Part shown: in pieces, positions 39,921 through 48,790 of the stretch
How the letters are laid out: every line of letters starts with the position of its first letter
How positions within the stretch are numbered: position 1 is the stretch's first letter
Source: Patescibacteria group bacterium
GTDB lineage: Bacteria; Patescibacteriota; Microgenomatia; UBA1400; PJMF01
NCBI GenBank assembly: GCA_016861205.1
Contig: BOKX01000001.1
Span: 8,539-72,538, forward strand
Length of the DNA: 64,000 nt
Direction of reading: 5' to 3'
The notes under the pieces: model-generated
What the model saw: only the letters and a program-made list of their open reading frames with translations
Database searches by the model: none
What the model was told of the DNA's origin: nothing
Position numbers and translations under genes: made by a program

Positions 39921-40721
39921 ATGGCAGTTGAACAAGGTTACAATCCAGAAGCTGAGCCACCAAAGCGTGAGGTGGTGGCAAAACTGAATCAGAGTCATAG
40001 CGAAGAGCTGTTAGGAGCTGTCTTAGGTGAGAAAATTATTGAGCCACAACCAGAGGTACTGCAGCGATCGCCGGCACTTTTTGAAAGTTTAGGTATCACT
40101 GTTCAGAAAAGTGAAGATACTGGAAAACACCAGGTCGCGATCGATGCTTCACACTTGGGAAAAACCTTGGCCAGAAAAATGTGGAAGGAAAAAATCTGGT
40201 TTTTGGCTCGCCCGCCACAAGAAATTGTCGCTCAGTACCGGACTTTGCTTGGCTTATCCCAAGAGTTTGGCCAGGTACCAGCTAACGTGATGACCCACAT
40301 GTACATGTTGGGACGGCAGCCAAGTGCTGAAAAACTGAGTCGGGTTGTGGATCGTCAGTTCGGCGTCGGCCAAGAGTTGCTATCAGCCTGGTTAGCACTG
40401 GCCTCAGCCTTACCGCCGTTTTTAGCTCGATCGGAACGTTTCCCTTTGAAAGACGATGTGATCACGGTGGTACAGAAGGTATGGAACGATGCCTTGGCAA
40501 TGGAGACCGCTTTGGGTGACCTCAAAGGTATTTTGGCAGCACACCCAGAGCTGCAGCTCACTCCTGGGCAAACGCAAATTCTCCGTGTTTGGGAACAAAA
40601 ATTGCCGCAATTGTTGGCTGGTTTACCCGCCGAGTACAAACCGAAACTGGAGGAGTTGTCAACTGAAACAACCGGTCACATTCAACCAGTTCGGCGAGTC
40701 ACACCACCGAACGAGGGCTGA
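39921..40721 (+). CDS. Hypothetical helical protein
   Basis: 266-aa ORF with an AAGGA ribosome-binding site. Confidence 0.65.
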   Translation: MAVEQGYNPEAEPPKREVVAKLNQSHSEELLGAVLGEKIIEPQPEVLQRSPALFESLGITVQKSEDTGKHQVAIDASHLGKTLARKMWKEKIWFLARPPQEIVAQYRTLLGLSQEFGQVPANVMTHMYMLGRQPSAEKLSRVVDRQFGVGQELLSAWLALASALPPFLARSERFPLKDDVITVVQKVWNDALAMETALGDLKGILAAHPELQLTPGQTQILRVWEQKLPQLLAGLPAEYKPKLEELSTETTGHIQPVRRVTPPNEG

Positions 40722-41918
40722 TTAAGCAACCTGCGGGTTGGTGGGCTCAGTGCCATAGGCCTCAAACTTAGCTAGCACCCCGGCAGCTAGGTGGATAAGC
40801 TCGGCGAGCAGTTCACGACGCCGATCGCCACTGATGATTTGAAAGTCTTCTTTGCTGGGAAAGTTCTCGATTATGAAGTTAAACAGATCTTGAGCAGTTT
40901 GGCCCAACTCGCTCAGCTCAGGATGTTCAAACAAAATCATATCGATAATTTGGCAGGCTGAGAGGATTTGGTTGACAGTGCCCCATCGCAAGCGGTTTTC
41001 ATTGTAGGTATCACTAAAGATGGTGCCAAACTGTTTGACCATGTCTTGCTTCCAACCGGTTCGACCGCCTTTACTACCCGGTTCACCGTGGTTATCGCCA
41101 AATCCGTCGACGATTTCAGGTCTGGAAATCATGGTTTGCAAGTATCCCAAAGCAAGTTGGAGCTGTTGTTGGTCACTATCACTCAAGGATGAGAAGTGGT
41201 CGCTGTTGATGTGGTACTGGCGTTCACCGGAAGGCACAATTCGGCAGTGGCCACGACCTTTGGTGCCGTACCGCAAGATAAAGTGCATTTGTTCAGTTTG
41301 GCTGAGTTGTTGATCCTCAAATAACGTTCGCAATCGGCGTGCCACCGCCGGGGTAATCCGGCGCAACTGAACTTGGTCGCTGACTGGGGGTTGTGCAAAG
41401 TCATCGAGAACATCACGAATAGTCACTAAAAACTCTTGATCACCGGCGGGACTTTTGACTAGCTCGAAGGTGCGAATGACACCGGTCTGTTTTAACTCGG
41501 CGAGCACAACTGCTTGATGCGAGGTGGCAGTAATGGTGAAGCGGTGCAGATATAGCTCGTCACTGATTCGGCCGATGATCTCGCGGGTCAACTCAATTTT
41601 TTCAGTCTGACTAGCATGGTCGGCAGTGGCGACAGCCAGACCTTCGAGGTGGTTTGAAAAGCCTGGTCGACGGCCAAAAATGGCAAAACCAACGCCAATC
41701 GGTCGATCATGGCGATGAGCCGTCATCATAAAGCTGTTTTGCTTCACGACTGGGGCAGTTCTCAGCTGAGACAGTGTCTCAGCGAGCGCCTCACTGGGAG
41801 GTTGGAGCGTGGCCAGAGTGGCTGATACTTCTCCCAACTCAACGTGATTAGTCACTTGATATCTGGCCAAACCAACCATTTCCGGACCAGTTGTATATGC
41901 GGTTTCAACATTAACCAT
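40722..41918 (-). CDS. Hypothetical protein, possible N-terminal GNAT-like fold
   Basis: IGVGFAIFG...HLEGLAVA segment. Start ATG 41918, 8 nt after TATAAT. Confidence 0.55.
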   Translation of the reverse strand: MVNVETAYTTGPEMVGLARYQVTNHVELGEVSATLATLQPPSEALAETLSQLRTAPVVKQNSFMMTAHRHDRPIGVGFAIFGRRPGFSNHLEGLAVATADHASQTEKIELTREIIGRISDELYLHRFTITATSHQAVVLAELKQTGVIRTFELVKSPAGDQEFLVTIRDVLDDFAQPPVSDQVQLRRITPAVARRLRTLFEDQQLSQTEQMHFILRYGTKGRGHCRIVPSGERQYHINSDHFSSLSDSDQQQLQLALGYLQTMISRPEIVDGFGDNHGEPGSKGGRTGWKQDMVKQFGTIFSDTYNENRLRWGTVNQILSACQIIDMILFEHPELSELGQTAQDLFNFIIENFPSKEDFQIISGDRRRELLAELIHLAAGVLAKFEAYGTEPTNPQVA

Positions 41919-41952
41919 AAGCGGCAATTATACTCGAATTTGAAACAATTTT

Positions 41953-42645
41953 CTACTTTAGGCCGATTCGTTCGGCAAAAACCAGTAGTCTTTTACTAGT
42001 AGTACCCGGTGGCCAACAGGTTTGCAGAACTATTGTTTCTGCGGAGTACTCTTGCTGTAAAAAGCTGACATCGTCGGGATTGACCACCTGACTGTGGGTC
42101 ACTCGGTACTCATAGCGTTGCTCATCGTGCCAAATAAACACTTCGTCATCAGGCTTGAGTTTGCCGAGCAAGTAAAACACGGCGTTGTACTGGAATCGCA
42201 AATCTGGACTCGATGAATGGGCAAAGTAGTACCCTAAGCCAGGATTATCAGGAATAGCTGTCCCGGAGGCCTGTGCGATTCCCTGGCGCAAAGCTTTGGT
42301 GTACTGGGCTTTGTTGTTTGGATCAACGTTAAAGATGACTGGTTCATCGAGTTGCAGCCGCGGAATAGTAATGCCATACGCTTGATGGCGGCTTTGGCCA
42401 CGTAGGTCAAGAATGCCTTCGAAGTTGGGAATAATCAGCTGTCGAATATCCTGGACGCCAAACACCCCACTGAGTACCTGTTGAAACTGATACTTAGTCT
42501 CTACGACGAGGACGGGAATGTACGTTAGGCTCAGCCAAGCCATGAACACCATGATCAAGGTAGCTGAAGTGATGGTGATAAACCAGTCAGAACTAATGAG
42601 GTGGCGAAGGTAAGTGCCTGCCGACTTGGGCCGTAAACCGGACAT
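41953..42645 (-). CDS. Sortase
   Basis: N-terminal TM, ITIPRLQLDEPV, His in FAHSS, Cys in LQTCWPPG, Arg in KRLLV. Confidence 0.9.
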   Translation of the reverse strand: MSGLRPKSAGTYLRHLISSDWFITITSATLIMVFMAWLSLTYIPVLVVETKYQFQQVLSGVFGVQDIRQLIIPNFEGILDLRGQSRHQAYGITIPRLQLDEPVIFNVDPNNKAQYTKALRQGIAQASGTAIPDNPGLGYYFAHSSSPDLRFQYNAVFYLLGKLKPDDEVFIWHDEQRYEYRVTHSQVVNPDDVSFLQQEYSAETIVLQTCWPPGTTSKRLLVFAERIGLK

Positions 42646-42654
42646 AGAGAAAGT

Positions 42655-43848
42655 TTAGCGAATCCAGCGCTTTTTAGCCATCTGGAGGCCAATTCCGGCC
42701 AATCCACTGCTTGCCCCAATCATCGAGATCACAGTTGGCATACCAGTGTCAGGCTGCTTTGTCAGTGGCTTAGTGTTGATGTAGATGGTTTTTTGACAGG
42801 TGTTGTCGCCCCCGCGCCATTGATCAGAGCTGTCTAAGACATAGGCTTTGACCGTGTAGGTGCCGGCAGTTTCGTAGCGTTGCTCGAAAGTTTGGCCATC
42901 ACTCTCTTTGGTGATACCGTTGCCAAAATCGAGTTTGTAGCGCTTCAGGTTACCCTTGTTGTCGTAACCAGTGACTTTGAAACTAACGGTACTAGGTGCT
43001 TGCGCATTGTTGCCTGCCGTTACGAATAGGTCACTACAGGCAGCTTTGTGTGACTCGACACTTGAGCTCTTGACCGTGACGCGAGTTTCACAGCTGCTGT
43101 TGGTTCGCCAGTTGCCTTGACTGTCTTTAACGTCGACTCGAGCCACGAACGAGCCAGAGGTTTCGTAGGTGTGTTGGATTTCGGCTTGGTCGGTTTCTTC
43201 TTGTTTGCCATCACCGAAGTAGTATTTGTAGCGTTGAATCGAACCTTTGTTGTCACTGGCTCGCGCACGCAGGGTGACTTTGGCGGGCACAGTTTGGTTG
43301 TCACCACCCACCACAGATAGCTGTTCACAGCGACTCTGGTGAGCTACGGTGGGAGTTGCTTTAACACTAGGTGTTGGCTGTGGAGTAGCAACTGGGGTTG
43401 GTTTTGGGGTAGCCACAGTCTCGGCTTTTTTGACACTGAGGTAGTCAGTGTTGCCGCAGTTGTTGATAGTGGCTGACTGACAAATAAAGCTGTAGCGCCC
43501 ATTTTCAGGTACGGTGTAACCGCGCAGTTCTGGTTGATTGCTGACGCGTTCTTTTTTGCCACTGGGTAGCCGGACTTCGATGTAGCCACCGAGCAAAGTT
43601 GACTTGCCGTTTTGGGCAAAACAGTTCACGTCAATGCGGTCCCCTACCTTGAGGCCAGCTTCGGTGATCTGGGCACCGTTAATCCAGGGCTTGTCGCCAG
43701 CAGTGCTGACACGGAACTGGGTATCGACTGGTTTGACACTTTGGCAGCTGGGGGCTGGGTCGGCACTGCTGTTTGCTGCCGAGCTGCCCTGGGGCAAAGC
43801 CAAGGTTAGAGCAAATAACGTTACGAGGATGAAGAAAATGCGACGCAT
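42655..43848 (-). CDS. Secreted PKD-domain surface protein with a QPDTG sorting signal
   Basis: Signal peptide, PT-rich linker, two PKD repeats (YKYYFGDG..HTY and YKLDFGNG..QRY), then QPDTG, a hydrophobic stretch and KKRWIR. Confidence 0.85.
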   Translation of the reverse strand: MRRIFFILVTLFALTLALPQGSSAANSSADPAPSCQSVKPVDTQFRVSTAGDKPWINGAQITEAGLKVGDRIDVNCFAQNGKSTLLGGYIEVRLPSGKKERVSNQPELRGYTVPENGRYSFICQSATINNCGNTDYLSVKKAETVATPKPTPVATPQPTPSVKATPTVAHQSRCEQLSVVGGDNQTVPAKVTLRARASDNKGSIQRYKYYFGDGKQEETDQAEIQHTYETSGSFVARVDVKDSQGNWRTNSSCETRVTVKSSSVESHKAACSDLFVTAGNNAQAPSTVSFKVTGYDNKGNLKRYKLDFGNGITKESDGQTFEQRYETAGTYTVKAYVLDSSDQWRGGDNTCQKTIYINTKPLTKQPDTGMPTVISMIGASSGLAGIGLQMAKKRWIR

Positions 43849-43917
43849 AATGTTATAAGTACTATATAACTAGATCATTATACCGGTTTTTGGGGAAAAT
43901 GTACATGTTGGTGGAGT

Positions 43918-45009
43918 TTACCCCACAATCACGCCCCCGCCTCGGCAGATCAGAGTTTCGCGTGGACCGCCCGCCTGGTAGATAACCGCCGACTGGCCTT
44001 CAGCTACGCCTTGTAGGGGTTGGCTAAACTGGACCTTGGTGCCAGTCAGGGTGGCTGGGATGAGTTGACCGGTGTGACGAATGCGGACCAAAACTGGTTG
44101 CTGCAAGTCTGGCTGACTAATCCAGTGCCAGGCTCTCACCTCGAGGTGGTCGCGGTAGGTTTCAGGTCCGAAGCCCACTACCAGCTGGTTGCTGGCTGGT
44201 TCTTTGCGGATGACGTAAAACGGTGGCAAAAGATGCTTGTTAACCTCTGTCCCATCTGGCTGAGTGACGACCAACTTGGAGTTAACGGTAAAACCGTGGC
44301 GTTGCCCAACGGTGTAAAACCACAGACCTTTGTGCTGGCCAATCACGTTGCCTTGGACGTCGACTACATCGCCAGGGTTTTCGCCGAGTCGGTCTTTTAG
44401 AAACTCATGGACATTGATGTCGCCAATAAAACAGATGCCGACTGAGTCTTTTTTGGCCGCAACACCCAAGCCTCGTTGTTCGGCTTCAGCCCGAACCTCT
44501 GGCTTTGTGAGATGGCCAATCGGAAACAGGGTGTGTTTAAGCTGTTCTCCACTCAGGACATGGAGGAAGTAGGTCTGATCTTTGTGAGTATCGGTGCTGG
44601 TCAGCAACTCGCCAGGAGCGGCTTGGTGGTCAACCTGGGCGTAGTGCCCAGTTGCGACATAGTCAAAACCATGAGCCATTGCCCAGTCGTAGAACAGGCC
44701 AAACTTAATTTCTTTGTTGCACATCACATCGGGATTTGGGGTGAAGCCTGCCTGATATTCGTTGAAAAAATACTCAACCACGCGTTGCCGGTAGGCATCT
44801 TTAAAGTCCAAGACCTGAAATGGGATATCGAGGCTCAAGGCTACTTTCAAAGCGTCTTGCCGATCGGCATCGGTTCGGCAACCTGGGGCGCGCCAGCACT
44901 CGAGATACACGCCAGTCACGTCGTACCCCTGGTCGACGAGCAAATGAGCTGAGAGTGATGAGTCTACCCCACCGGACATACCGAGGGCGACCCGTGGTCG
45001 TGATGACAT
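43918..45009 (-). CDS. mnmA: tRNA-specific 2-thiouridylase MnmA
   Basis: MSGGVDS, TPNPDVMCN, ATGHYA, KDQTYFL, GICF, GQSAVIY. Start moved to 45009. Confidence 0.96.
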   Translation of the reverse strand: MSSRPRVALGMSGGVDSSLSAHLLVDQGYDVTGVYLECWRAPGCRTDADRQDALKVALSLDIPFQVLDFKDAYRQRVVEYFFNEYQAGFTPNPDVMCNKEIKFGLFYDWAMAHGFDYVATGHYAQVDHQAAPGELLTSTDTHKDQTYFLHVLSGEQLKHTLFPIGHLTKPEVRAEAEQRGLGVAAKKDSVGICFIGDINVHEFLKDRLGENPGDVVDVQGNVIGQHKGLWFYTVGQRHGFTVNSKLVVTQPDGTEVNKHLLPPFYVIRKEPASNQLVVGFGPETYRDHLEVRAWHWISQPDLQQPVLVRIRHTGQLIPATLTGTKVQFSQPLQGVAEGQSAVIYQAGGPRETLICRGGGVIVG

Positions 45010-45038
45010 AGGCGCACAGACGTTATTAGAACCTATAA

Positions 45039-45824
45039 TTATAGCGGATAGGTCAGTGAAATAAAAGGACACGCCTCGGTGGCGAATCGAGCCACTTCCC
45101 AGGTGCCAGTCCAGTTGGTTGGTGTCAGGGCATATAGTGCCCACTGTGGACCGGTGGCCAGCGTGCTTTGAGCGTAAAACACAACGGTGCCGTCCTCGCC
45201 GAGAGGCACTTCGGAACTCAAGGGTGTTTTGCTCCCAAAAGAAGGTTGATAGCCAAATCGAAGTTTGTAGTCCAGATAGCCAAGAGTGTTAACTACGCCG
45301 AAGGCGTTGCGCGACTGTCCGGCTGATAACAGTTGGATGCCCCGCTGGTGCATCTCGCGCAGGAAGAGATAGTCGATCACTGCCCCGAGTGAGGAGTTGG
45401 CAGTGTTCGTCAAATCCAGGCGATCGGTGGCTTTGAAGGCAAAGGTGGCTTTTTCGGTGCCGTTGACGGCAAAAATCCCCGACCCCACCAACTTGCCCTG
45501 CTGATACATGAGGAGGCCCAACACTTTTTGTCCAAGCGCCGTTTTTTTGGCAAACCACTCCTGGCTAGCAATCACGTCGTACTGGTTCTCCAACATTTTT
45601 TGCTGATAGTACTCCAGCCAGCTGCCAAACTGCTCAGCCGAAAGTTCCTCCAGAGTCCAGGTGATTTGTTTGGCGGCCAACAGCTCATCCACATTGGACA
45701 GGAACTTGCGCAAACCCTTGCTCAGGATGTGCGGGGTCACACTTTCGTCAGGAGTGAGACTGGGAAATCGCCAGCGAATTTTCTCTGGTCGGGTCAGATG
45801 GTACGGCTCTAGGTTGACGGTCAT
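45039..45824 (-). CDS. Fem/GNAT-fold hypothetical transferase (last gene of the ATP-grasp operon)
   Basis: GKLVGSGIF, SLGAVIDYLFLREMHQRG..LSAG, YLDYKLRFGY pattern. ATGA overlap with the upstream gene. Confidence 0.55.
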   Translation of the reverse strand: MTVNLEPYHLTRPEKIRWRFPSLTPDESVTPHILSKGLRKFLSNVDELLAAKQITWTLEELSAEQFGSWLEYYQQKMLENQYDVIASQEWFAKKTALGQKVLGLLMYQQGKLVGSGIFAVNGTEKATFAFKATDRLDLTNTANSSLGAVIDYLFLREMHQRGIQLLSAGQSRNAFGVVNTLGYLDYKLRFGYQPSFGSKTPLSSEVPLGEDGTVVFYAQSTLATGPQWALYALTPTNWTGTWEVARFATEACPFISLTYPL

Positions 45825-46855
45825 ACTTTCTCAAGCTCTGGAAACATCTGGTACAACAAAACCTGAGCCACGTTGCGAGCGGGGCCCTTCATGGGGTAGT
45901 GGTGGATGCTGTAGTGGGGGCCAGCGTTGACTTCGATGACGAAGTTTTTGACCGTGCTTTGATCAGCTGTTAGGTCCTCAGTCATGAAGTCGAGACCAGC
46001 GAATGGTAACTCGGGTATGGCTTGGATGGCTTTGAGGGCAATTTCCTTGACTGAAGGGTGTGCCTCGTCAGTTAGGTCAACGCTGTCGCCGCCTTGTGAT
46101 AAGTTGGACACCAGTTTCAGAAACACTTGTCTTCCTGCCTCAAGTACACTGTCAGCTGTCAGGTTCTGTTGTTTAAGTAACTCGAGCGAGTCTTCTTTCA
46201 ACATAACGTGAGGGTAGGGATCGTCGTGTTTGGGGTTGATGTTGCGCAAAGGATCTTGGTTTTTGATCTCGATCAGTTCGGCAATGGTATGCTGGCCATC
46301 CCCCACTACGTTGGCTGGAATCCGAGCCATGATTGCCAGGACTTTGTCAGGTGTTAACGTAATCCGATACTCGTCGCCACTGACTTGTTTTTCGAGCAAA
46401 AAGCCTTGGTCAAGATTGATGGCAGCCTGTCGAACGGTTGGTAAGTGTTTGGCAACATCGTCACGGTTTTGCAGGTTGGTATACACGGCACTGCCGTTAT
46501 TGCCATGGGAAGACTTCAAGACGACTGGATAGCCCAAGGCATCAGCCGCTGCCAAAACTTGGTCATCAGTGGCCTCTTGCGAAAAATGCTGGCCGTCGGC
46601 AATCGTGACACCCGCTTCCTGCAGAAACGTGCGAGTGATGCGCTTGTCCAGACAAGCATAGTACGAGACAAACGTGGTGTTGGCTGAAAACCCACCAAAG
46701 AAAAACCGCTTCTTGCCTTGATAAGTCAGCTCAAATAAGCGACTGCTGTCGATTTGCCGCCAGCTGACGCCGTGTTTTTCGGCCTCTTCGAGCATGACGC
46801 GTTCTTTAGTGCTGATATTTTCTTCATTTCTGAACTGCATGGCACTCATAGTCAC
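45821..46855 (-). CDS. ATP-grasp amide ligase, CphA G-domain/GshF-like (paralog 2)
   Basis: DKRITR, GYPVVLK, EYR, PANVVGDGQHTI, NLSQGG, GLD, IEVNAGP. No Mur-ligase or GshA domain. Confidence 0.85.
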   Translation of the reverse strand: MTMSAMQFRNEENISTKERVMLEEAEKHGVSWRQIDSSRLFELTYQGKKRFFFGGFSANTTFVSYYACLDKRITRTFLQEAGVTIADGQHFSQEATDDQVLAAADALGYPVVLKSSHGNNGSAVYTNLQNRDDVAKHLPTVRQAAINLDQGFLLEKQVSGDEYRITLTPDKVLAIMARIPANVVGDGQHTIAELIEIKNQDPLRNINPKHDDPYPHVMLKEDSLELLKQQNLTADSVLEAGRQVFLKLVSNLSQGGDSVDLTDEAHPSVKEIALKAIQAIPELPFAGLDFMTEDLTADQSTVKNFVIEVNAGPHYSIHHYPMKGPARNVAQVLLYQMFPELEKV

Positions 46856-47835
46856 TTCACTTTCTGTTCAATCATTTCTAGAATCGCCGAGGCAACATCT
46901 CGGGGCTGACCTTGAATAGGATAGTGGTGCATTCTCAGGCCGGGTGAAGCGTTGACTTCAATGACTCCAGCGCGAGTTTGATTGACAATTGGGGTGGTTA
47001 AGTCCTGACACATGATGTCGATACCGATCACATTCAGGTCGCAGGCTCGAGCGATGGTTTCAAACAAAGTCTTGTTTTCTGGGCAGACCTGGTCGGTTAC
47101 ATCCCAGGCTTCGCCGCCGGTGGACAGATTGGCAGTTTTGCGCAGAGCCACCTCTTGGCCTGGGGGGACAACTGCCTCAAGCTCCAATTTCTGGTCGGCC
47201 AGATTTTGACGAACGGTGTCATCAACTTCAATTAAGGTTAGGTTGTAGGTGTGACCTTTACCGCGCCAGGGGTGTTGGTTTTTGATCTCGATTAGTTCGG
47301 CAATCGTGTGTTCTCCGTCCCCGACCACATGGGCTGGTTTGCGAAATGCCACTGCGACTAGCTGGTAGTCGACACAGACTACCCGATACTCAGTCCCCTG
47401 GAGCATTTCTTCACAGATCGACTCTGGTTGCTGTTGCCCTAGCCAGAGTTCGCGGACCGCCGCCGCGTCGGCTACGCCGACGCTGACGTCTTTCCCGTGG
47501 CGACCACCGACTGGTTTGACCACTACCGGGAACTGAAGTTGAGACAACTGGTCAAAATCCGCTTCCGACTTGATCAACACAAATGGCGCCGTGGGCAACT
47601 GAAAGTGGCTTAGGACGAGCTTGGTGAGTGGTTTGTAGTCAGCGATAGTTTTGCCGACTGAGGACTGCCAACTGGTTCTCGAGCCACGGGTGTACCATTG
47701 GTGGCCGTTTTTTGACATCAGGATTGTTTGGCGATCGCCCAACAACTGACACTCGATACCACGCTTGGCCGCGGTTTCAGCCATGATGCGGGAGCTGGCT
47801 TCCAAGGGTGGGCGGTTGGTGGTGGTTTCAGACAT
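46852..47835 (-). CDS. ATP-grasp amide ligase, CphA G-domain/GshF-like (paralog 1)
   Basis: FPVVVKP, EYRV, PAHVVGDGEHTI, ANLSTGG, GIDI, IEVNASPGLRMH. Confidence 0.88.
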   Translation of the reverse strand: MSETTTNRPPLEASSRIMAETAAKRGIECQLLGDRQTILMSKNGHQWYTRGSRTSWQSSVGKTIADYKPLTKLVLSHFQLPTAPFVLIKSEADFDQLSQLQFPVVVKPVGGRHGKDVSVGVADAAAVRELWLGQQQPESICEEMLQGTEYRVVCVDYQLVAVAFRKPAHVVGDGEHTIAELIEIKNQHPWRGKGHTYNLTLIEVDDTVRQNLADQKLELEAVVPPGQEVALRKTANLSTGGEAWDVTDQVCPENKTLFETIARACDLNVIGIDIMCQDLTTPIVNQTRAGVIEVNASPGLRMHHYPIQGQPRDVASAILEMIEQKVK

Positions 47836-48790
47836 GAGGCACTTCCTCTATCACTTGATGAAATTGATTTTTGACACCGATTTCATAGATACCTTGACGA
47901 TACTTGGCTAGGTCATCAAAGAAACTAGGATACAACAACTGCTTAGTTTCGGCTGTGGGGGCATATTTGTCAATCTCCTCGAGACTAATCCGACCCAAGT
48001 AGAGGTGATAGGGATTGTGAGACTCATCTTGGAGCCAGTGCCAGATCTGTAAACAACCCTCGAGGTAGCAAATATCCTTAGTTGGACCACCGGGCTGGGA
48101 TGTGTCTGTCAAACCGCGTTTTGCCCGCAGTGTATGAAGCCAAGACATGCGTTCACTGATGCCCAAAGCGCGAAGCTGGGCATAGGTCTCAGTAAATGAG
48201 TACCGCTGCGCCAGCCAGGTGGTGAGGTATGTTCGAAAGGTTTTGCGCATGTAACGGCCGCTAAACAGGTTGGTATGAAGGCCGGCCAAGCCTTCTTCAG
48301 TACGGCGGAAATGGTCGTCAGCCGCTGTGTAATCCGGCCAGTTTTGGAGTTGATGATTATGAATGCGCAGGTAATGCGTTTCGAGTTCATGGCGGTACAC
48401 ACCTTGGAACTCGAGAGGTGAGTAGATCAGGGGCAGCCGAAACTCGATCTTATCAGGTGAAACTCGACACTGTGTGACCATTTGGTCAGTAAAAACGACT
48501 TTGAGCGGCTCTTTCAGCCGATAGGCGTGATTAAACTGGTCGATCGCTTCTCGAATACTGGCTTGGGTGACAATTTCAGTCTTTGGTTTCCAGGGGTCAA
48601 CTGTATTGATGTGAATGATCATTTCTCGAGCAAACTCGGCCAACCGGTCCTTAGGGAGTCCCCAGGCATGCAGTTGATCGGTTGCGATGTTCTGTCGGTA
48701 GGTAAACTGGGGATTATAGGTTTGGTCGGCCAAAAAATGGTTGTACTCTTCAACCAAGTTAGTGGGTGTCAGGTGCGAAATAATCTGCAT
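47828..48790 (-). CDS. DUF1704/MATCAP-like zinc metallocarboxypeptidase
   Basis: HELETH (HExxxH), TEEGLA, RAKRGLTDTS, TKDICYLEG, and N-terminal PTN...YNPQFTY. Confidence 0.85.
   Translation of the reverse strand: MQIISHLTPTNLVEEYNHFLADQTYNPQFTYRQNIATDQLHAWGLPKDRLAEFAREMIIHINTVDPWKPKTEIVTQASIREAIDQFNHAYRLKEPLKVVFTDQMVTQCRVSPDKIEFRLPLIYSPLEFQGVYRHELETHYLRIHNHQLQNWPDYTAADDHFRRTEEGLAGLHTNLFSGRYMRKTFRTYLTTWLAQRYSFTETYAQLRALGISERMSWLHTLRAKRGLTDTSQPGGPTKDICYLEGCLQIWHWLQDESHNPYHLYLGRISLEEIDKYAPTAETKQLLYPSFFDDLAKYRQGIYEIGVKNQFHQVIEEVPHV

Noticed and set aside
45821-47835. Calling these cyanophycin synthetase (cphA) or glutathione synthetase (gshF)
   Set aside because: Only the ATP-grasp portion is present. 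There is no Mur-ligase or GshA domain and no cyanophycinase in the window.
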